NCBI GenBank assembly: GCA_045652985.1
Contig: JAZOLM010000032.1
Span: 6,916-70,915, forward strand
Origin: Alistipes sp.
GTDB lineage: Bacteria; Bacteroidota; Bacteroidia; Bacteroidales; Rikenellaceae
Reading direction: 5' to 3'
DNA length: 64,000 nucleotides
Part shown: positions 58,950 to 64,000 of the stretch, piece after piece
Layout of the letters: the number at the start of each line of letters is the position of its first letter
Position numbering within the stretch: position 1 is the stretch's first letter
Made by a program: the position numbers and the translations under genes
The notes under the pieces: generated by a model
Databases searched by the model: none
What the model saw: only the letters and a program-made list of their open reading frames with translations
What the model was told of the DNA's origin: nothing

Positions 58950-60464
58950 TTATAGGTCGTGACCGCAGTACGATAGGTTAAAACTCTTGTTATTGATAGG
59001 GAAGTCCGAGATGCCCTCCGAGCGTACGGCGATGGCAAGGCCGAGCCAGTTATGAACACTTGGATCCTTAATCTTATACTTAGCAATCTCGCCCTCGGCG
59101 TTTGTTAGTGCTACATGGCATATCTCGCCGCGCCAGCCCTCAACAAGTGAGAACGATAGCGCCTCGGGTGCGAGTGTAGGCTCGTAGTTAGGAGCTGCGA
59201 CATCGCCCTTTGGAGCATAGCCCTCAAGCATCTGAAGAACGTAGTCGGCACTCTGCAGCACCTCGTCCATACGCGTCATAAGGCGCGACATAACATCTCC
59301 ATCGTGCTGTGTTACAGGCTCGTGCTTGAGCGTAGCGTAGTGACCCCATGGGTGTGAGGTGCGAATATCGCGCATAGCACCACTCGAGCGTGCTGCCATA
59401 CCCACGCCACCTATGCGATACATCTCAGCCTTTGGCACAAGACCGCACTGCTCGAAACGTGATAGTAGGGTAGGTGCCTCGAGGATATCCTCCCTAACCT
59501 CGTTATAGCGACGACGAACATCGGTTACATTCTTGCGTATGGTCTCAATCTTAGCCTCTGTAAGAGGGTGGTTGCTACCCATAGGGCGTATCATGCTCTT
59601 GCCAAAGCGGTTGCCACACCATGCCTGTGTGGTGTTGATGGTCACCGTACGCAGTGCCTCGCACGCCACCTGATAGAGCTGGAAGCCAATATCGGTAGCC
59701 AATGCTCCTGTGTCGGCAAGGTGCATGGCTATGCGCTCCAACTCGAGGGCAATGGCGCGCTCGCGCTGCAACGAGTCGCTCACCTTCGTGCCTGCAAGGC
59801 GCTCAACGACCTCGGCATATGCTGTTGTGTGACCCACAGCGGTATCGCCAGCGATAGACTCGGCGATAACCGACTGGCGTAGGCGGTTTTGGTTGCGTAC
59901 CATCTCATCCTCAACGCCGCGGTGCTGGTAGCCGAGCGCAATCTCAAGGTGTAGCACCTCCTCGCCCATACATATGAAGCGGAAGGCACCTGGCTCGATG
60001 ATACCTGCATGGATAGGACCCACGTTAACCTCGTGCAGGTCAGCGCCCTCAATAGTATAGAAGGGGTATGAGTCCATCGTAGACTGCTTGTTGCGACGGT
60101 TGTGCGAGAAGCGCAAAGGCTTCATCCATGGGTGGTGCGTGAACTCGACGCCATAGAGCTCGTTAATCTCGCGTTCGAAGGGGTGGAACTGAGGGTGTAG
60201 GGCTGTCAACGAAGCCAAACCCTCGGCGTAGTAGTCGGGGACAAATGAGGTGATGAGCACCTCGCCGCTCTCATCGTCGAGGATGATCATATAGAACTTA
60301 AGCCCCTTCTCAATCTCCGTTGCGAAGTAGTGCGCCACATGATAGCGGTGCTCCGTCATGCGCTCCTTAAGGTCGTTGTATAGCTCAACATACTCGACAA
60401 CGGGAATCTCGGCAATAGCCACTGCCGAATCCCTGTTTGTGGTAACTTTATATAGGTTGTTCAT
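58950..60464 (-). CDS. Ehr large subunit (HyfG/NuoCD-like, no NiFe CxxC motifs)
   Basis: VGPIHAGIIEPG, HRGVE, EGWRGE, C-terminal NKSFNLSYCGHDL. Confidence 0.92.
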   Translation of the reverse strand: MNNLYKVTTNRDSAVAIAEIPVVEYVELYNDLKERMTEHRYHVAHYFATEIEKGLKFYMIILDDESGEVLITSFVPDYYAEGLASLTALHPQFHPFEREINELYGVEFTHHPWMKPLRFSHNRRNKQSTMDSYPFYTIEGADLHEVNVGPIHAGIIEPGAFRFICMGEEVLHLEIALGYQHRGVEDEMVRNQNRLRQSVIAESIAGDTAVGHTTAYAEVVERLAGTKVSDSLQRERAIALELERIAMHLADTGALATDIGFQLYQVACEALRTVTINTTQAWCGNRFGKSMIRPMGSNHPLTEAKIETIRKNVTDVRRRYNEVREDILEAPTLLSRFEQCGLVPKAEMYRIGGVGMAARSSGAMRDIRTSHPWGHYATLKHEPVTQHDGDVMSRLMTRMDEVLQSADYVLQMLEGYAPKGDVAAPNYEPTLAPEALSFSLVEGWRGEICHVALTNAEGEIAKYKIKDPSVHNWLGLAIAVRSEGISDFPINNKSFNLSYCGHDL

Positions 60465-60468
60465 GGCG

Positions 60469-61881
60469 TTAGCTTAGTTTTACGATTGTGTCAATAGCAT
60501 TCTTTAGGATCTCAGGCTGCCATACACCAATGACTATGGCTCCAAGAAGTAGTATAGAGGCTATATATGAAAGACGTCTGTTGACCTCCGAGAGGTGTAG
60601 CGTATCCTGGTTAGCATGGTAGCTAAGGCGCAGTGTGCGACCCCAAATAGAGTATATCACAACGCACATAAGGATGAGCATTAGGGCGAGCAACCACCAG
60701 CTGCCGACGCTGACAATCTCCGAGAAGATCATAACCTCCGAGAGGAAGAGTGGCGATGGTGGGAATGCCAAGAGCACAAGCGTGCCGATGATGATGCCTA
60801 TGGCGCCAACCTTGTTGATGTTCATGTAGTTACCAATACGGTTGATGCTATAGCTATCGTAGATATGGCGCATGACACCAACATGGAAGAACATAGAGCT
60901 CTTGACGAAGGTGTGGCTGACGACGTGGAACACTGCAGCCCAGAGTGCAACACCGCCAATACCCATGCCTATGCAGACAATACCCATATTCTCCACCGTA
61001 GAGTATGACAAGAATCGTTTGTAGTTATTCGTGCGGCGTAGAAACATAGCACCCACGGCGAGCGAGAGAATACCGATGAGAATTAGGACGTGGCGTGCCC
61101 ATACGAAGACCTCGCCTGTTGCGGCGTAGAGGTGATATATTCGCATTATGGATACGAAACCTGCATTGACAAGTGCCGTAGATATAAATGCTGAGGCTGG
61201 AGCAGGCGCTGCGTAGTTGGCGTCGATGCCTACGGTGTAGAGAGGGAAGATCTCCATCTTACAGCTATAGCCCACAACGATAAGCAGGAAGGCAACCTTC
61301 AAGTAGAGTGGGTTACCATTGACAATTGCCAACTTGAGCGATGCGTAGTCCAACGAGCCGTGTGTCGCCACGGTCGAGAGTAGCAAGATACCCATGTATG
61401 CGATGGCGATACCCGTAGAGCATACGAAGAGGTACTTCCAGGTAGCCTCCAACGACTGGCGGAACTCGCGGTGGTAGATGATACCTGCCGAGCATACTGT
61501 CGTAGCCTCCAAGAATACCCATGTCATAGCGACGTTGTCCGAATAGTATACGCAGGTGATGGCTACGGCCAAGAGCATTAGGATGGTGTAGTATGCTCTG
61601 TATGAGCGTGTAGAGATACCATCAGCCTTGAGGTACTGTGACGAGTGGATGAGGGCGAAGCCCAAGACACAAGTCATCAAGATGTGGAACATTACAGCCA
61701 TCGTATCGGCGCGGAACACCTCCAAAAGCTGTGTGTCGAAGCGCTTGAAGTAGAAGAGTGCTGCGATGCTTGCCACCTGCACCAAGAAGAAGAGTGCGGC
61801 AACAATGTTTGTGGCGCGCTCGCTACGCAAGAATAGCGGAAGCACGGCGAGAAGCAGTGATATAATTAGGTATGCAAGCAT
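60469..61881 (-). CDS. HyfF-like antiporter-type membrane subunit
   Basis: WVFLEATT, EATWKY, APAPASA, YSTVENMG. Confidence 0.9.
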   Translation of the reverse strand: MLAYLIISLLLAVLPLFLRSERATNIVAALFFLVQVASIAALFYFKRFDTQLLEVFRADTMAVMFHILMTCVLGFALIHSSQYLKADGISTRSYRAYYTILMLLAVAITCVYYSDNVAMTWVFLEATTVCSAGIIYHREFRQSLEATWKYLFVCSTGIAIAYMGILLLSTVATHGSLDYASLKLAIVNGNPLYLKVAFLLIVVGYSCKMEIFPLYTVGIDANYAAPAPASAFISTALVNAGFVSIMRIYHLYAATGEVFVWARHVLILIGILSLAVGAMFLRRTNNYKRFLSYSTVENMGIVCIGMGIGGVALWAAVFHVVSHTFVKSSMFFHVGVMRHIYDSYSINRIGNYMNINKVGAIGIIIGTLVLLAFPPSPLFLSEVMIFSEIVSVGSWWLLALMLILMCVVIYSIWGRTLRLSYHANQDTLHLSEVNRRLSYIASILLLGAIVIGVWQPEILKNAIDTIVKLS

Positions 61882-61885
61882 GGCG

Positions 61886-62512
61886 TTAATCTTTAATTTG
61901 GGTTAGAGCATCAGACTCGTCTGTGTGCATGTCGTTATCCATACGGCGTAGGAAGATGCCGAGCATGAGGATTGAGACAAGGATATCGAGCATGATAGCA
62001 AGGTTGATAAGTATTGGGAACTCAACACCGATAGCCATTGAGAATAGGAATACTCCATTCTCGATGATGAGGAAGCCCACAAGGTGCGAGAAGATACGCT
62101 TACGCATCACGATGAGGATAAGTCCCGAGAGCAGAGCGTATAGGGCAACACCAAAGAAGATGATGTTGGCATACTCATCTGCCATCTGATAGGTGATGGC
62201 GCAGCTTGCCGCAAGTGCTCCTATCGACATTACGAGTGAGCCGAACTGCGACGATGAGGTGTGTATGCGTCTAATCTTCGTTTTGCCGATTACGCGTGTG
62301 AGGATAGCTGGTATCACAATAGCCTTAAAGATAAGCGTCTCGACAATGATGAAGCTCATCTCAACGGGGTGAAAGCTATGTAGGCGTGCCATCGCAATGC
62401 CGAAGAGCAGCACACCCTGTACGGTTAGTATTGTGGTGTGATTGCGGAAGCGATCGGCAATAGATAGGTATATGAGCGTCAGCACATATAAGATAATAAG
62501 CGAGAGTGTCAT
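61886..62512 (-). CDS. HyfE-like membrane subunit
   Basis: FKAIVIP, GFLIIENG; operon position. Confidence 0.88.
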   Translation of the reverse strand: MTLSLIILYVLTLIYLSIADRFRNHTTILTVQGVLLFGIAMARLHSFHPVEMSFIIVETLIFKAIVIPAILTRVIGKTKIRRIHTSSSQFGSLVMSIGALAASCAITYQMADEYANIIFFGVALYALLSGLILIVMRKRIFSHLVGFLIIENGVFLFSMAIGVEFPILINLAIMLDILVSILMLGIFLRRMDNDMHTDESDALTQIKD

Positions 62513-62528
62513 ATTCTATACTATTTTA

Positions 62529-63446
62529 TTATATTTCGATGTTAAGGTTGAGCAAGAAGCCTGTGAGAAGCACGAGTGCTGACAGGGCAACTATGGTGAT
62601 AATATAGGTTGTGTTGCGCGATAGCTTGTTGCGGGCGCGGAACGACTCGATAACGCCTATCGTGATGCCTGTGCCAAGCACTGCCAATGGAACGGCAAAC
62701 TGCCAGTGGAAGCAGAAGGCAACGGCAACGGCATTGGCCGCAATCATCGCGAAGATGGCATTCTTCAACCAGCCGGTAATCTGTATCATCGCAAGGTCGA
62801 TGCCCGAGTAGTCAAGGCACATAACCTCGTGGATCATTGTCAGCTCGAGGTGGGTCTTTGGGTCATCCACCGGAATACGACCAGCCTCAATGATCATGAT
62901 GATGAGGAAGACGTACGACACCAAGAGCATCACAATGGTGAGGTTGGTGTTCAGTGCCTGAGCCGTAGAGAAGATGTCGGCAAACGATGAGTAGCCGCAG
63001 AAGAGTGCCAATGTGGCAAGACCCATCATCAATGCTGGCTCAACCAACGCACCATACAACGCCTCGCGGGCAGCACCCATACCCTCAAACGAACTACCTG
63101 TGTCGAGGGCGGCAAGCACGATGGCTACGCGTGTAAGTCCAAGCAGATATGCCACAAGGATAATATCGCCGCGGAACGAGAGCATGGGCTCCAAGTCGGC
63201 AATAGGGATAAATAGGAAGGCGAGCATCGTAGCTCCGAGGTATACACATGGCGCAATCTTGAAGAGGATGCTTGTTGTGGGTGAATATACTGAGCCCTTA
63301 CGCATTAAGAGTCGTACGTTGTAGACGTGCTGGAAGAAGCGTATGCCCTTGCGACCAGCCATCACAGCACGCGTACGATTGATAACTCCCGTGATAAATA
63401 GCGCCACGAGAATCATAAGTAGTGTATTTAGTAGCTTTATCAACAT
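62529..63446 (-). CDS. HyfC/NuoH-like membrane subunit
   Basis: ALDTGSSFEGMGAARE; GRIPVDDPKTHLELTMIHE. Confidence 0.92.
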   Translation of the reverse strand: MLIKLLNTLLMILVALFITGVINRTRAVMAGRKGIRFFQHVYNVRLLMRKGSVYSPTTSILFKIAPCVYLGATMLAFLFIPIADLEPMLSFRGDIILVAYLLGLTRVAIVLAALDTGSSFEGMGAAREALYGALVEPALMMGLATLALFCGYSSFADIFSTAQALNTNLTIVMLLVSYVFLIIMIIEAGRIPVDDPKTHLELTMIHEVMCLDYSGIDLAMIQITGWLKNAIFAMIAANAVAVAFCFHWQFAVPLAVLGTGITIGVIESFRARNKLSRNTTYIITIVALSALVLLTGFLLNLNIEI

Positions 63447-63472
63447 AGTCGTAGTATCTTATAGTTGGTTCG

Positions 63473-64000
63473 CTAAAGAATATTAAATAGTGTTAGTAGT
63501 AGTACCGCAACGAAGAATACGAGGGCGAAGGTGATGTAGTTGTTGATGCGACCTGTACGTAGGTGCATAACATATGCGTTGAGGCGGTGCATCATCTTTA
63601 CCCACCATTGAGCGAGGAGCGAATCTACGCGATCCTTATGCTGAATACGATATCCATGTGGCGATGGGAATATCTCGGACTTATCTACCGAGCGACCATC
63701 AACCGTATCCTTCATCAGCGGCTTGACAATGCTCTCGAGACCCTCCGAGAATGACTCGCCGGTGTACTGCATACGCTCGTTAGGCGCTGTGAAACCGCAA
63801 CCCCAGGTAGGACCCTCGCTAATGGTGCGATTGCGCTGCGCACGGCGCTTGAGAATGTAGAGCAGTGAAACGATGATGATAAGAGCCCAGCCGATGTAGC
63901 ATAGCGTCGATAGCGTTGGGTTGAAGTACTCAACAGCAATCGTATTATCATCACCCGTGATAGCCTCCGAAATCATGGTTATAGGGCGTATGGCGATCTG
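63473..64000 (-). CDS. HyfB-like antiporter subunit (C-terminal part, runs off window end)
   Basis: TWGCGF...RMQYT motif and TGRINNY C-terminus. Confidence 0.85.
   Translation of the reverse strand, partial: QIAIRPITMISEAITGDDNTIAVEYFNPTLSTLCYIGWALIIIVSLLYILKRRAQRNRTISEGPTWGCGFTAPNERMQYTGESFSEGLESIVKPLMKDTVDGRSVDKSEIFPSPHGYRIQHKDRVDSLLAQWWVKMMHRLNAYVMHLRTGRINNYITFALVFFVAVLLLTLFNIL

Noticed and set aside
58175-64000. Functional group 4 [NiFe]-hydrogenase
   Set aside because: Both NiFe-binding CxxC motifs are absent and no hyp maturation genes are visible.

Overview
Bacteroidales chromosomal window, probably Rikenellaceae/Alistipes-like (inferred from gene content and TAnnTTTG promoters). Left third: a partial Wza-type exporter, a LytS/LytTR two-component system and, divergent from it, an alpha-glucan PUL (MFS transporter with a large Zn-ribbon insertion, SusC, SusD, SusE/F-like protein, GH53, four GH13s). 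Middle: housekeeping genes (recF, a degenerate ribH-like gene, folA-thyA, lpxH-like, tRNA-Arg(CCT), Na/Pi cotransporter, TonB-dependent receptor) and an origin-like AT-rich intergenic region at 30.2-30.6 kb. Right: carboxyltransferase with three biotinyl domains, DPP-IV, GH73-LysM, GT9, adk, thiL and an Ehr (hydrogenase-related, NiFe-less) operon. The most unusual locus is the gene-poor island at 43.8-47.2 kb. It holds 23 copies of a 20-bp palindrome (GGGTAT-N8-ATACCC) at about 70-bp spacing with roughly 50-bp spacers and no cas genes. The copies flank a lone 76-aa HTH gene, and one copy sits exactly between the -33 and -7 boxes of that gene's predicted promoter, which suggests a self-regulating DNA-binding protein with a large array of its own sites. 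All calls are by eye; no database searches were run.
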